A stretch of DNA of 64,000 bases from Elusimicrobiota bacterium (GCA_044221725.1 JBGAON010000004.1:275557-339556); one strand, 5' to 3'; shown: positions 19,487 to 28,782, numbered from the stretch's first letter. Numbers and translations: made by a program. The notes: generated by a model from the sequence alone, not told the origin.

Positions 19487-20314
19487 ATGTCAACCGCCCT
19501 TATCAAACCGAAAACCGGAGGATTACCGTCGAAGATGTTTAGTGTGCGTCAGAAAGGCAAAGGGAAAATGCCGTGGGTCGTTGGTCATCGCGGCGCGATG
19601 GGCCATGCTCCAGAAAATACCATGACCTCCTTCGAACAAGCGATTGCTCTTGGCGCTGACATGCTGGAATTCGACGTGCGCCTGACGAAAGATGGCGTGC
19701 CGGTCGTGGTCCACGACGCAAATCTCGATCGCACCTCGAACAAATCCCTGAATTTAACCGACCTTACTGCCGAAGATCTGATGGAATTGGACGCCGGCTC
19801 GTGGTTTGATCTTCGTTTTGCGGGCGAGCGGATCCCGAAGCTTTCGACGTTGCTTAAGTGGGCCCACAACAAGAAAAACAAAGCGGGCGACTTGATTTCA
19901 TTTTTTGTCGAACTGAAAGTGGATGGCGACGAGCGCCGTCGCGAAATGTTGATTCAGGCCGTTATGAAGGAACTTAAAGACGCAAAAGTAACAAACCGTT
20001 CGGTTCTCATTTCTTTCGACGAACCTATCCTCGCGTTGTGCAACCGTTTGGCGCCAACAATGAGCACGGGTTTCTTGTACTCGGATCTTCTCTACGACGC
20101 GCTGGATCGTGCGAAAAGTTTGAAAGTAAATCACTTGCTGCCGCGTAAAGACCGGGTCACCGGTGATTTGGTGCAAGAAGCGCACGATGCTGGCATGGCC
20201 GTTATGGCTTGGACCGCTGATCGTTTGGACGAGTTCCGCAAACTCGTCGTCTGGCAAGTGGACGCCATCGCCACAAATTACCCGGATAGATTAATCGAGT
20301 TTTACCAGCGATGA
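19487..20314 (+). CDS. Glycerophosphodiester phosphodiesterase
   Basis: GHRGA...PENT, EFDV.LTKDG..VV.HD and TNYPD. Confidence 0.93.
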   Translation: MSTALIKPKTGGLPSKMFSVRQKGKGKMPWVVGHRGAMGHAPENTMTSFEQAIALGADMLEFDVRLTKDGVPVVVHDANLDRTSNKSLNLTDLTAEDLMELDAGSWFDLRFAGERIPKLSTLLKWAHNKKNKAGDLISFFVELKVDGDERRREMLIQAVMKELKDAKVTNRSVLISFDEPILALCNRLAPTMSTGFLYSDLLYDALDRAKSLKVNHLLPRKDRVTGDLVQEAHDAGMAVMAWTADRLDEFRKLVVWQVDAIATNYPDRLIEFYQR

Positions 20315-20318
20315 TTCC

Positions 20319-20394
20319 GTCATCCCGGCAAGCCTCTGGCCGTACCGTTCCACAATAATATTAGTGTCGGTACGTACCCTTGGTACGGGATCCA
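20319..20394. repeat. Nested palindromic REP-like element at the queG 5' end
   Basis: GTCATCCCGG...GGGATCCA frame enclosing the inverted repeats CGTACCG/CGGTACG and CGTACC-ctt-GGTACG. Confidence 0.55.
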
Positions 20395-21507
20395 GATTTC
20401 CAAAAAATAAAAAAGGTTGCCTGGGACCTTGGCTTCGACCTTTGCTCAGTCTCTCCCCTAGAAATTCCCGCGCGCGACCAATCCGCTTATCTTGATTGGT
20501 GCGCCACCGGTTCGGCCGGAACCATGGCGTACATGACGCGCGAACCCGCGAAGCGCACACAACCGAAGGTCACGTTCCCTCACGCAAAATCTGTTCTCAC
20601 GCTGGGCGTCAGCTATTACCGCGGGGATTTTCCAAAAAAACCCGGGCCCGCTTACGGGCGCATCGCGCGTTATGCGTGGGGCGAGGATTATCACAACGTC
20701 ATCGGTGAGCGATTGCAAAAGCTAATGGCCGAATTAGAAAATCAATTTGGTGTTCACGGAGAAACGGCAGCGATCGACACCAAGCCGCTGCTCGAACGGT
20801 CGTTGGCCGAACAATCGGGCTTAGGCTTTGTGGGGAAAAACACGATGCTCATTGCACCGCGTTCTTCTGTAATCGACTTTCACGTTGGATCCTGGATTTT
20901 TCTGGCCGAAATTCTCGTAGAGACCCCTCTCCCGATCGCCTTCGGCGATCGACCTCCCCCTTCAGGGAGAGGCAATACCGGCTCCCTCTCCCTTCAGCGA
21001 GAGGGTTGGGGCGAGGGAAAAGGCTGCGGCGCCTGCACGAAATGCCTCGACGCTTGCCCGACCGATGCGTTCGAGGGGCCGTATCGCCTGCGCGCGAACA
21101 AATGCATTTCGTATCTGACGATCGAAAACAAAGGAGAGATCCCGGTCGAACTGCGCGAGAAAGTGGGCGATTGGCTTTTCGGTTGCGACGTGTGCCAAGA
21201 GGTTTGTCCGTTCAACGCGCGGGAATTCGAAAGTCGTTGGCCGGAATTTGAGCCGACGCGTGGTGCGGGCGCGTGGATCTCGCTCAAAGAAATTTTTGGC
21301 CTAACCGATGACGGTGCTTTTAAACTGCGTTTCGGGAAGACACCGCTCGCCCGCGCGAAACGTCGTGGGCTGCTGCGAAATGCCGCGGTCGTCGCCGGAA
21401 ATTCGGCGGATGCCTCGCTCATTCCGTTGCTGGAGAAATTGACGGATGCCGAAGATACGTTGCTCGCCGAGCATGCGCAATGGGCCATCCGCCGACTCGC
21501 CTTATGA
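20380..21507 (+). CDS. queG: Epoxyqueuosine reductase; true start uncertain
   Basis: IARYAWG.DYH, DTKPLLER, CGACTKCLDACPT, CISYLTIE, GCDVCQEVCPFN and a HEAT-like tail. Confidence 0.93.
   Translation: MVRDPDFQKIKKVAWDLGFDLCSVSPLEIPARDQSAYLDWCATGSAGTMAYMTREPAKRTQPKVTFPHAKSVLTLGVSYYRGDFPKKPGPAYGRIARYAWGEDYHNVIGERLQKLMAELENQFGVHGETAAIDTKPLLERSLAEQSGLGFVGKNTMLIAPRSSVIDFHVGSWIFLAEILVETPLPIAFGDRPPPSGRGNTGSLSLQREGWGEGKGCGACTKCLDACPTDAFEGPYRLRANKCISYLTIENKGEIPVELREKVGDWLFGCDVCQEVCPFNAREFESRWPEFEPTRGAGAWISLKEIFGLTDDGAFKLRFGKTPLARAKRRGLLRNAAVVAGNSADASLIPLLEKLTDAEDTLLAEHAQWAIRRLAL
20924..21017. repeat. Palindromic repeat element inserted in frame in queG
   Basis: CCCCTCTCCC-GATCGCC ttc GGCGATC-...GGGAGAGG...CCCTCTCCCTTCAGCGAGAGGGTTGGGGCGAGGG, translated as PLPIAFGDRPPPSGRG...LSLQREGWGEG. 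Confidence 0.7.
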
Positions 21508-22661
21508 GGACGACGTTTCCGAATCAAAATTGCGAGGCGCTGATCCGGCAAGAAATTGCACGCCGGGGGCCTATGAGTTTTTCAACGTTTGTGGATTTGG
21601 CGCTTTATCACCCATCGTATGGTTATTACAACCAGCCGGTGCCCCGGCGCGGCCGCACCGGCGACTATTTTACGGCGCTTCAAGTATCGGACTTGTTTCC
21701 GAAAATTTTTGCTGATGCCATCGTGAAAATGAAAGAGACGCTCGGGTCCGAACAATTTTCTTTGATCGAAGTGGGTTCGGGCAACGGCGAGTTTCTCGAA
21801 GGGGTTTTGAAAGCATTGGCCGAGAGGCAAGCACAGGATCACGCTCGTACGGGGTCGGTGCGCGTGTGGGCCGTTGAACGAAGCCGTCCCGCGCGCGATC
21901 TGCTTTATAAGCGTCTCTCGCGGTTTCAGCGTTGTCAGGTGGTTTCGTCACTCGATGACATTGAATGGATGGGCACGCTCGAGGGATGTATTTTTTCAAA
22001 CGAATTGTTTGATGCGCTGCCGTTCGAGCGACGTCGCTGGAATGGGGAGCGGTGGGAAGAGATTTGTGTGGATGCTCGGAATCAGAAATTCGAAGAGATC
22101 ACGCGAGAAATATCGAATTCGTTACAAACGAAAATCGAAAGTCGAGAATCGAAAATCGAAGCGGGACATGAAATTGAATGGCGGCCGCAAATTCCTGATA
22201 TTTATGCCGAATGGAGTCGGTGGCTCGCGCGCGGATATGTTTTGACCGTTGATTATGGGCATCCGCAGGAATCATTTTTTAGTCCGACCCGGGTTCATGG
22301 TTCTTGGATGTGCTATCACAAGCATCAAGCCACCAAAGCCGTGTACGAAAATATCGGCCAGCAAGACATCACGGCGCACGTGAATTTTTCTCAGCTGGTC
22401 GCCGCCGGAAAAGAATCCGGATTCGATCCGGCCCATTTCTGTTCGCAAGGTATCTTCCTGTCCCACATGGGGCAAAAACGCCTTGAAGAATATCTTGCCA
22501 CGGCCGATGAAACCACACGGCGCCACCGCGTGGGGGCCGTGCAACAGCTGATTCATCCCGACGCGATGGGCGAAGCCTTTTGGGTGCTGCTCCAAACAAA
22601 AGGCGTGGAAATGCCCAAATCCTTTGGCGCCATCCCGAGCCGCTTGCGTCGTTTGGTATGA
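21504..22661 (+). CDS. SAM-dependent methyltransferase, MidA/NDUFAF7 family
   Basis: LYHP.YGYY, GDYFTA, EVGSGNG, SNELFDALP, DYG and QDITAHVNF; ATGA overlap with queG. Confidence 0.92.
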   Translation: MRTTFPNQNCEALIRQEIARRGPMSFSTFVDLALYHPSYGYYNQPVPRRGRTGDYFTALQVSDLFPKIFADAIVKMKETLGSEQFSLIEVGSGNGEFLEGVLKALAERQAQDHARTGSVRVWAVERSRPARDLLYKRLSRFQRCQVVSSLDDIEWMGTLEGCIFSNELFDALPFERRRWNGERWEEICVDARNQKFEEITREISNSLQTKIESRESKIEAGHEIEWRPQIPDIYAEWSRWLARGYVLTVDYGHPQESFFSPTRVHGSWMCYHKHQATKAVYENIGQQDITAHVNFSQLVAAGKESGFDPAHFCSQGIFLSHMGQKRLEEYLATADETTRRHRVGAVQQLIHPDAMGEAFWVLLQTKGVEMPKSFGAIPSRLRRLV

Positions 22662-22748
22662 TCCTCGCCCCTCCTAAAAAACACTAACTCCGACGTAAAA
22701 AAGTATTTCTCTCCTCCTTACGTTCTCCTCCCGGGCAAAGGAGAAACT

Positions 22749-22946
22749 ATGCAAAGTCGAAAGAAAAACCGCCCCTCAGGAAATGCCGTTGTCGAATACA
22801 TTCTCATTACCGCGTTAACAGCGCTGGCCACCGTCGCGATTTTCCGAACGTTCCGCGCCGATGTGACCACCGCCTACAAAAAAGCCGGTGAAGCGTTGAT
22901 AAAAGGCGTTGAGGAAGGAACCGGAAGCGGGCCTGCGTCACAGTGA
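22749..22946 (+). CDS. Flp/Tad-type pilin-like protein
   Basis: Basic leader, class III cleavage site G|NAVVEY with E5 and Y6, hydrophobic helix, 65 aa. Confidence 0.75.
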   Translation: MQSRKKNRPSGNAVVEYILITALTALATVAIFRTFRADVTTAYKKAGEALIKGVEEGTGSGPASQ

Positions 22947-23683
22947 AGTCGGCAACGCTCATAATCACGGGCGTTTTTCTGCTCGCGCCATGGGTGGCCC
23001 TTCCCGCCCCGCGCGTAGCGCGAAAAGTGCCGATTGAAGTTCAGGTTGAGGTGAACGAAGTGGACAACGAACGCGCTGCCAGTTTGGGGATTGATTGGCT
23101 GGACAGTGCCACGCTTCAAGAAAAATCACCGGCCGGTATTCTTGCGATTGGGAAAGTGGAACGCGTCACTGCGCTGCGGGCGGATCTGCACTTTCTTGAA
23201 GAGGAAGGCGCAGCGGAGTTGTTGGCGAACCCGAACCTCGTTACCGATTCCGGCACCGGGGCCGCGTTCCATGCGGGCGGAGAAATTCCGTACATCACGA
23301 GTTCCTCGCTCGGCACGACAAACGTGCAGTTCAAGTCTTACGGAGTGTTGCTCGACGTGCACCCCACCTTGTTGGCCGACGGCCGAATTCAAATGGGCGT
23401 GCGCGCCGGCGTGAGCGCGCCCGACACGTCGGCCGGCACCATGGTCTCGGGGAATGCGGTGCCCGCGCTGCTCACGCGCGACGTCACATCGAACGTAACA
23501 ATGGAACCGGGGCTAACGATGACGCTTGCGGGTCTCGTCCAAACCCAAAAAACCGAAACCGAAAAAGGCGTTCCGCTGTTGCGCCGTATTCCATTTCTCG
23601 GACGGCTGTTTCGGTGGCGCAGGACAAATTTCCGCCGAACGACTATAATCATGTTCATTACACCTCGAGTAGCAACCCGATAA
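22943..23683 (+). CDS. Short secretin (RcpA/CpaC or T2SS-D-like), secretin domain only
   Basis: LGIDW, LANPNLVT.SG..A.F.AGGEIP, YGV.L.V.P, GVPLL.RIPFLGRLF and FITP. Confidence 0.88.
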   Translation: MKSATLIITGVFLLAPWVALPAPRVARKVPIEVQVEVNEVDNERAASLGIDWLDSATLQEKSPAGILAIGKVERVTALRADLHFLEEEGAAELLANPNLVTDSGTGAAFHAGGEIPYITSSSLGTTNVQFKSYGVLLDVHPTLLADGRIQMGVRAGVSAPDTSAGTMVSGNAVPALLTRDVTSNVTMEPGLTMTLAGLVQTQKTETEKGVPLLRRIPFLGRLFRWRRTNFRRTTIIMFITPRVATR

Positions 23684-23701
23684 CAAAGGAGAAATTTCCC
23701 C

Positions 23702-24496
23702 ATGTCCCAACCATCCGCACCGACGCGTCGCCCGCTCATTGCCGCTAATTGGAAAATGTACAAAACCCCGTCCGAGTCCGACGCTTTCGTAAAAGAGTTT
23801 TTGCCAAAAGTTTCGTCGAGCAACGACGTCGATATCGTGTTGTGCCCACCTTTCACCTCTCTTGCGACGGTCGGGGCAAATTTAAAAAACTCTAACGTGG
23901 CGTTGGGGGGTCAAAACCTCAATGAAAATGCGGAAGGCGCCTACACCGGGGAAGTGTCGCCGGGCATGCTAACAGCCGTGGGTTGCACCTACGTCATTAT
24001 CGGGCACTCGGAACGTCGACAGTATTTCGGTGAAACGGATGCGCTGGTGAACAAAAAAATCATCACCGCTCTGAAAAACAATCTGATTCCTATCGTGTGC
24101 GTCGGTGAATCGCTTGCCGAACGTGAAGCGAATTCTACGTTGGAGGTGGTGAGTCGCCAGGTAAAAGCCGCGCTCGCGGATATTCCCTCCGCGGACACCA
24201 AGAAAATTGTTTTGGCGTACGAACCGATTTGGGCCATTGGTACCGGCCGCACGGCCACGCCCCAACAAGCGCAAGAAGTTCATCTGGCCATCCGCGATAT
24301 TTTAAAAGACCAATACGGTTCTCTTACGTCGTTGGCGATTCGCATCCTCTACGGCGGTTCCGTGAAGCCGGAAAATATGGCGGAATTAATGGCCTGCGAA
24401 GACATTGACGGAGGTCTCGTGGGTGGCGCAAGTCTAAAAGCCGAATCGTTTGCTTCTATTGTCAATTATAAGTCACAAAAATTGGTGCAACGCTGA
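23702..24496 (+). CDS. tpiA: Triosephosphate isomerase
   Basis: ANWKM, IIGHSERR, AYEPIWAIGTG and YGGSV. Confidence 0.98.
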   Translation: MSQPSAPTRRPLIAANWKMYKTPSESDAFVKEFLPKVSSSNDVDIVLCPPFTSLATVGANLKNSNVALGGQNLNENAEGAYTGEVSPGMLTAVGCTYVIIGHSERRQYFGETDALVNKKIITALKNNLIPIVCVGESLAEREANSTLEVVSRQVKAALADIPSADTKKIVLAYEPIWAIGTGRTATPQQAQEVHLAIRDILKDQYGSLTSLAIRILYGGSVKPENMAELMACEDIDGGLVGGASLKAESFASIVNYKSQKLVQR

Positions 24497-24610
24497 CGCG
24501 CTTTTCCTTCTGATTTTTCGCAGCAAATTTCGGTCCGTGCTCGTAAGATAATCCTTGAAAGACCGGTTCCTTCCACGCATATTATTGGAGGGAAAACACA
24601 TTGAAAAACC

Positions 24611-25759
24611 ATGGATAATCACGAACCGACGCCACAACCACGGAAGGAAGTTTCTATGGACGGGTTGTTGGATGAGCTCCGAAATGTCTTGTCCGGCTTA
24701 AGTGGCGCCGAAGCAGCGCCGCCTTCGCCCAGCATCGAACCAGATCGAATTGCTCCGCCGGAGCCAATTCAGCGTGCGCCTTCGGCGCCACCCGCCTTTA
24801 TCGGCAATGCCGAGCCCACCGCCGCCCCCGCAACGTCGTCCGATGCCGATTTTTGGAAAGGAAACGTTCTCGGTTGGCCGGCCAGTGGCGCAGAAGCCGA
24901 GCAACCGGCCACGGCTTTTTCGGAAACCGCACCTTTTTCCTCGATGGGAGCCCCAGAAATTCCTGAGAAACCCGCTCCGCCCGCGCCCACGGAATCCGAA
25001 CGATCGGCAAACAATCCGTTTGTTGCGTACGGCGATCAGAAATTTCTGCTTGGCGATGACGCGCCCAAATTGGAAAAGCCGGCGTTGGAAGGCAAGCCGT
25101 TTTCTCTGGATACACCATTTTTAAGCGATGACTCTTTCACGAGCGAACCCGCAATCGATAAAACCGAACAACCGATATTCGAGCCGCCGCCTCGGCCGCC
25201 CATGGACCCGTCGTTGGTCGGCACTCAAGAATCGTGGAAACCCGAAGAGCTGATACCGGCACCTCCACTGCCGCCCGTATCCGCGCCGACGGCCCAATCC
25301 GTGATTCCAATTCCGGGCACCCTCACCAACGAAGCAGAGCCTCCGGCCAAAAAGATGAGCGACGCGGGTCTTGAATTGGATAAAGCCGAAGTAAAACCTT
25401 CCGGCTTCGTTCAAATTGCCTGTTTTTTCCGCGAAGGGCATGAACGCGCGGCTCAACAATTCGTAGGCAAATTAAAAGAACTCGCAGATAAATCAAAAGC
25501 TCATTTGAAGATTGAGCCGGTATTTTTGAACGCTTGGAGCCCCAGCGCGGCGGATTCGTCCGCATGGATTCAATCCGCAAAACTGTCTGGAGCCGATCTT
25601 ATGTTTGTGCTCGCACCCAAAGTTGAGCTCGATGCGTTTAGATCCTTAACGATCAATCCGATCCAAACCGGCATCCGGGTTCGTCTGATTGCGGTGGAAC
25701 AAATCGCATTGCGGACGCTGTACATGGATATTCTAATCGAGTTGGAGCGGGGGCGATAA
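24611..25759 (+). CDS. Pro/acidic-rich protein with a C-terminal alpha/beta domain resembling that of the next gene
   Basis: Long low-complexity ORF with a globular last ~120 aa; TAATG overlap with the dnaA-like gene. Confidence 0.75.
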   Translation: MDNHEPTPQPRKEVSMDGLLDELRNVLSGLSGAEAAPPSPSIEPDRIAPPEPIQRAPSAPPAFIGNAEPTAAPATSSDADFWKGNVLGWPASGAEAEQPATAFSETAPFSSMGAPEIPEKPAPPAPTESERSANNPFVAYGDQKFLLGDDAPKLEKPALEGKPFSLDTPFLSDDSFTSEPAIDKTEQPIFEPPPRPPMDPSLVGTQESWKPEELIPAPPLPPVSAPTAQSVIPIPGTLTNEAEPPAKKMSDAGLELDKAEVKPSGFVQIACFFREGHERAAQQFVGKLKELADKSKAHLKIEPVFLNAWSPSAADSSAWIQSAKLSGADLMFVLAPKVELDAFRSLTINPIQTGIRVRLIAVEQIALRTLYMDILIELERGR

Positions 25760-27417
25760 TGGCAAAGACCGAAGCCGCTTCCGGGCTCAAGCCACTTTAC
25801 TCGTTTGAAGAGTTGGTGATTGGTCCGCACAATCAGGTCGCGGTTGGTGCTTGCATGGAGGTCGTGAAGTCTCCGGGTGAAACATACAACCCACTTTTTG
25901 TCTATGGCCCTCCGGGCGTGGGAAAGACACATTTGATGCAGGCCGTGGCGCACGAGCTGTTAAAGAAAAATACAGAATTCAAGATTCGCTACATTTCGGC
26001 CGAACGCTTTATGAGCGAGGTTCTTACAGCCATTTCAGAAGACCGGATGTTGGACGTGCGTCGGTTTTACAGCTTGCTCGATCTTTTGATCATCGACGAT
26101 GTGCAATACATGACCGAGTCCAAAATTTCTCAGGAAGAATTGTTTCACGTTTTCAACAACTTGCACCAAGCAAATCGGCAAGTGATTCTCGCGGCCGATC
26201 GCCCTCCGAACCAATTAACGACTCTGAACAAAAATATTCGTAGCCGGCTGGAATGGGGTTTATCGACCGATATTCGCATTCCCGAAGAACCAACCCGCAT
26301 CGAAATTTTGAAGAAGAAACAGCACCAGCTTCAGGGCATCGATCTTACTAGCGAGATGTTTGCCTATGTCGCCCGGAATTTAAAATCAAATGTTCGCGAG
26401 TTGGAGGGGTTTTTAAAACGCATTCACGCCTACGTGACATTGTCGCACCAAGATCTGACAATGGATCTCGTGAAATCCGTCGTAAAAGAAATTTGTCCGG
26501 AGATTGCGAGCGAACCCGAAAGTCTCGAACCACCTCCAGCAAAAAAGAAAAGTTACACGAACGGTCATGCGGTTGGGGCGCCAGCGCCAAAAGCGGCGCC
26601 GCCACCTCCAGCGCCAGCACCACCCCCGCCGCCTCCGCCAAAACCAGCGCCTCCACCGCCTCCGGTGATCGAGAAAATAGCGGATACGCGGTTTGAAGAA
26701 CCCATTTCGCAAAAGCAGAGTGACCAAATTCCGTTCGATCTGTTTTTGGAATCCATCGAGTCGGTGCAGACGCCCGAATCTCTGCCAACGCCCGCTCGAC
26801 CGGCACCGCCGCCACCACCGGCGGCCGTTTCAGAACCCGTGAAACAAGCGGCGCCGCCTCCGCCACCGGTTGCTCTCGCACCCGCAAAGAAAGCGCCGCC
26901 GCCGTTCGAACCAGTGGAAATGGCGTCTCCGCCTCCGGCGCCAGCCGCGCCCAAAGCGCCACCCGCACTAGCCCCGTTGCCCGCGGTCCCCGAACCGGTC
27001 GCCGAAGAAGAGGCGGATGAGGATCAAAGCGCCCACAAAGAAATTTTAGCGGTCTTTTTCTATCCCGAAGCAGCGAGCGATGCGCTGGAGACCGTTTCGA
27101 AAAAATTTCAGGAAGTCATTCGCAAACACAAATTGAAATTTCGATTGAGAGGTGTGCACAACCAGCCTTACGTGTACAAAGGAAAAATAAACTATGCCGG
27201 TTTCGTCGATGTCTGCAAAACCAACAAAGTGCCCGTTGCGATCGTAATTGGGCCACCACCGGACAGCGCTCTCCCGCAACAAGATTTTTATGATCTGTTG
27301 ACGGTGACGCTCGATGTTCAGGGCGTGTCGTTGCAGCTCGTGAACTGGAGTGAAATTCATAAAGATTACCGTTACTTAAATCTTGCGTTGGATATTGCTT
27401 TGGTGAGATCGCGATGA
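25759..27417 (+). CDS. DnaA-like AAA+ ATPase lacking domains I and IV, with Pro-rich linker and unknown C-terminal domain
   Basis: YNPLFVYGPPGVGKTHL, LIIDDVQ, QEELFH.FN, DRPP, SRLEWGL and SNVRELEG; no DnaA helix-turn-helix signature follows. Confidence 0.88.
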   Translation: MAKTEAASGLKPLYSFEELVIGPHNQVAVGACMEVVKSPGETYNPLFVYGPPGVGKTHLMQAVAHELLKKNTEFKIRYISAERFMSEVLTAISEDRMLDVRRFYSLLDLLIIDDVQYMTESKISQEELFHVFNNLHQANRQVILAADRPPNQLTTLNKNIRSRLEWGLSTDIRIPEEPTRIEILKKKQHQLQGIDLTSEMFAYVARNLKSNVRELEGFLKRIHAYVTLSHQDLTMDLVKSVVKEICPEIASEPESLEPPPAKKKSYTNGHAVGAPAPKAAPPPPAPAPPPPPPPKPAPPPPPVIEKIADTRFEEPISQKQSDQIPFDLFLESIESVQTPESLPTPARPAPPPPPAAVSEPVKQAAPPPPPVALAPAKKAPPPFEPVEMASPPPAPAAPKAPPALAPLPAVPEPVAEEEADEDQSAHKEILAVFFYPEAASDALETVSKKFQEVIRKHKLKFRLRGVHNQPYVYKGKINYAGFVDVCKTNKVPVAIVIGPPPDSALPQQDFYDLLTVTLDVQGVSLQLVNWSEIHKDYRYLNLALDIALVRSR

Positions 27418-28781
27418 CTTCGATGATTGGCATGATCGGCAAGTGGAAAGGCAGCGCTGTTGTCGATGTATTGGTTGCTTTCGTCCAAGCGTGGGACGTG
27501 CGCGGTCCGGATGAAGTGTCCATTTGTTCGGGCACGCTCGATGTAATTCGCGCGTATCTGGGTGACCGGCCCTGTTGCGTATGGAAAAAACAGGGCGAAG
27601 GACTGATAAAGATTTGTGAACGCGGCATGATGGAATTGTTCTATTCCGAAAAAGAGCCGGAACATCAGGCAGCGTTAAAGCGCGCGCTCGTGACCGGTTC
27701 TTCCGAATTTGACGCTTGCCGCTTAAGCCCCCTTGCTTCCGATTTAAAACTCGGTTTTGACGGGCTGTTGCATATCCCAATCAAAGGCAAAGACGACATT
27801 ATGGGCATCATGTCGTTGGCCGTTGTAAAAAAAGAATCGCGGGACCGCGAATTTGTGCAGCCGCTCGAAGCGCTCGGTCGCCTCGTTGCGATTGCGCTCA
27901 ACTACGGCCGTGATCAAGAACAAAATATAAGCCGCGAACGCCGCCTCAAAGCCGAAGTGGAAGCAACCACGCGCGAACTCGAGGAAACAAACTCGCGCCT
28001 CATCGATCGCGTAAAGGAACTGAAAACTCTCTATAAAGAATTGCAGAAGCGCGTTGAGGAATTAACGAACGCGAACCGCGCAAAAGACGAATTTTTGTCG
28101 ATTGTCAGCCACGAACTGCGCACGCCATTAACGTCGTTAACCGGTTTCTTAAGCGTTTTGCTCGACGAAGAAGCGGGCAGTATCACCGAACAGCAACGCA
28201 AATTCTTGGGCATCGCGAAGCAATCAGCGACCCGACTCAATTTGATTATTTCCGATCTGCTGGACGTGTCCCGTATCGAATCCGGCCGATTGAACCTCGA
28301 AATGGGCGAGTGTTCGTTGCACGATATTTTGCAGACGAGCTACGAAGGGCTGAAAGCGGCGGCCGCCAACAAATCAATTCAGTTCCGGCTTCATGCGCTG
28401 CCCTCGTTGCCGCAGATTTGGGGCGATCCGAGTCGTTTGCAGCAGGTGGTGGACAACATTGTTTCGAATGCGATTAAGTTCACCGAGCGCGGTGGCGAAA
28501 TCGATTTGATCGGCGAAGAGAAAGGCGATTTTCTGCAAGTTTCGATTCGCGACACCGGCTGCGGCTTAACACCCCAAGAACAAGAGAAAGTGTTCGACAT
28601 GTTCTATCAGGCCGATGCGTCCACGCGCCGCTCGGCCGGCGGTGCGGGCCTTGGGCTCGCAATCGCACGCGGCATCGTAAACATGCACGGCGGCCAAATT
28701 TCGGTGCAATCCGAAAAAGGGAAAGGCGCCACGTTCATTTTCCTGATCCCGCGCAAGCGCGAACAAAAGAAAGCCGCGTAG
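27414..28781 (+). CDS. Cytoplasmic sensor histidine kinase (GAF-like, coiled coil, HisKA, HATPase)
   Basis: SHELRTPL H-box, NAIKFT N-box, DTGCG and GAGLGL G-boxes; ATGA overlap. Confidence 0.93.
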   Translation: MTSMIGMIGKWKGSAVVDVLVAFVQAWDVRGPDEVSICSGTLDVIRAYLGDRPCCVWKKQGEGLIKICERGMMELFYSEKEPEHQAALKRALVTGSSEFDACRLSPLASDLKLGFDGLLHIPIKGKDDIMGIMSLAVVKKESRDREFVQPLEALGRLVAIALNYGRDQEQNISRERRLKAEVEATTRELEETNSRLIDRVKELKTLYKELQKRVEELTNANRAKDEFLSIVSHELRTPLTSLTGFLSVLLDEEAGSITEQQRKFLGIAKQSATRLNLIISDLLDVSRIESGRLNLEMGECSLHDILQTSYEGLKAAAANKSIQFRLHALPSLPQIWGDPSRLQQVVDNIVSNAIKFTERGGEIDLIGEEKGDFLQVSIRDTGCGLTPQEQEKVFDMFYQADASTRRSAGGAGLGLAIARGIVNMHGGQISVQSEKGKGATFIFLIPRKREQKKAA

Positions 28782-28782
28782 C

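Noticed and set aside
20343..20372. lox71-like or dif-like recombination site (TACCGTTC...)
   Set aside because: Only 8 bp match; no 13-bp arms or XerC/D consensus.
25759..27417. Canonical dnaA with nearby oriC
   Set aside because: Domains I and IV are absent, there is no dnaN, and I saw no DnaA-box cluster in the flanks.
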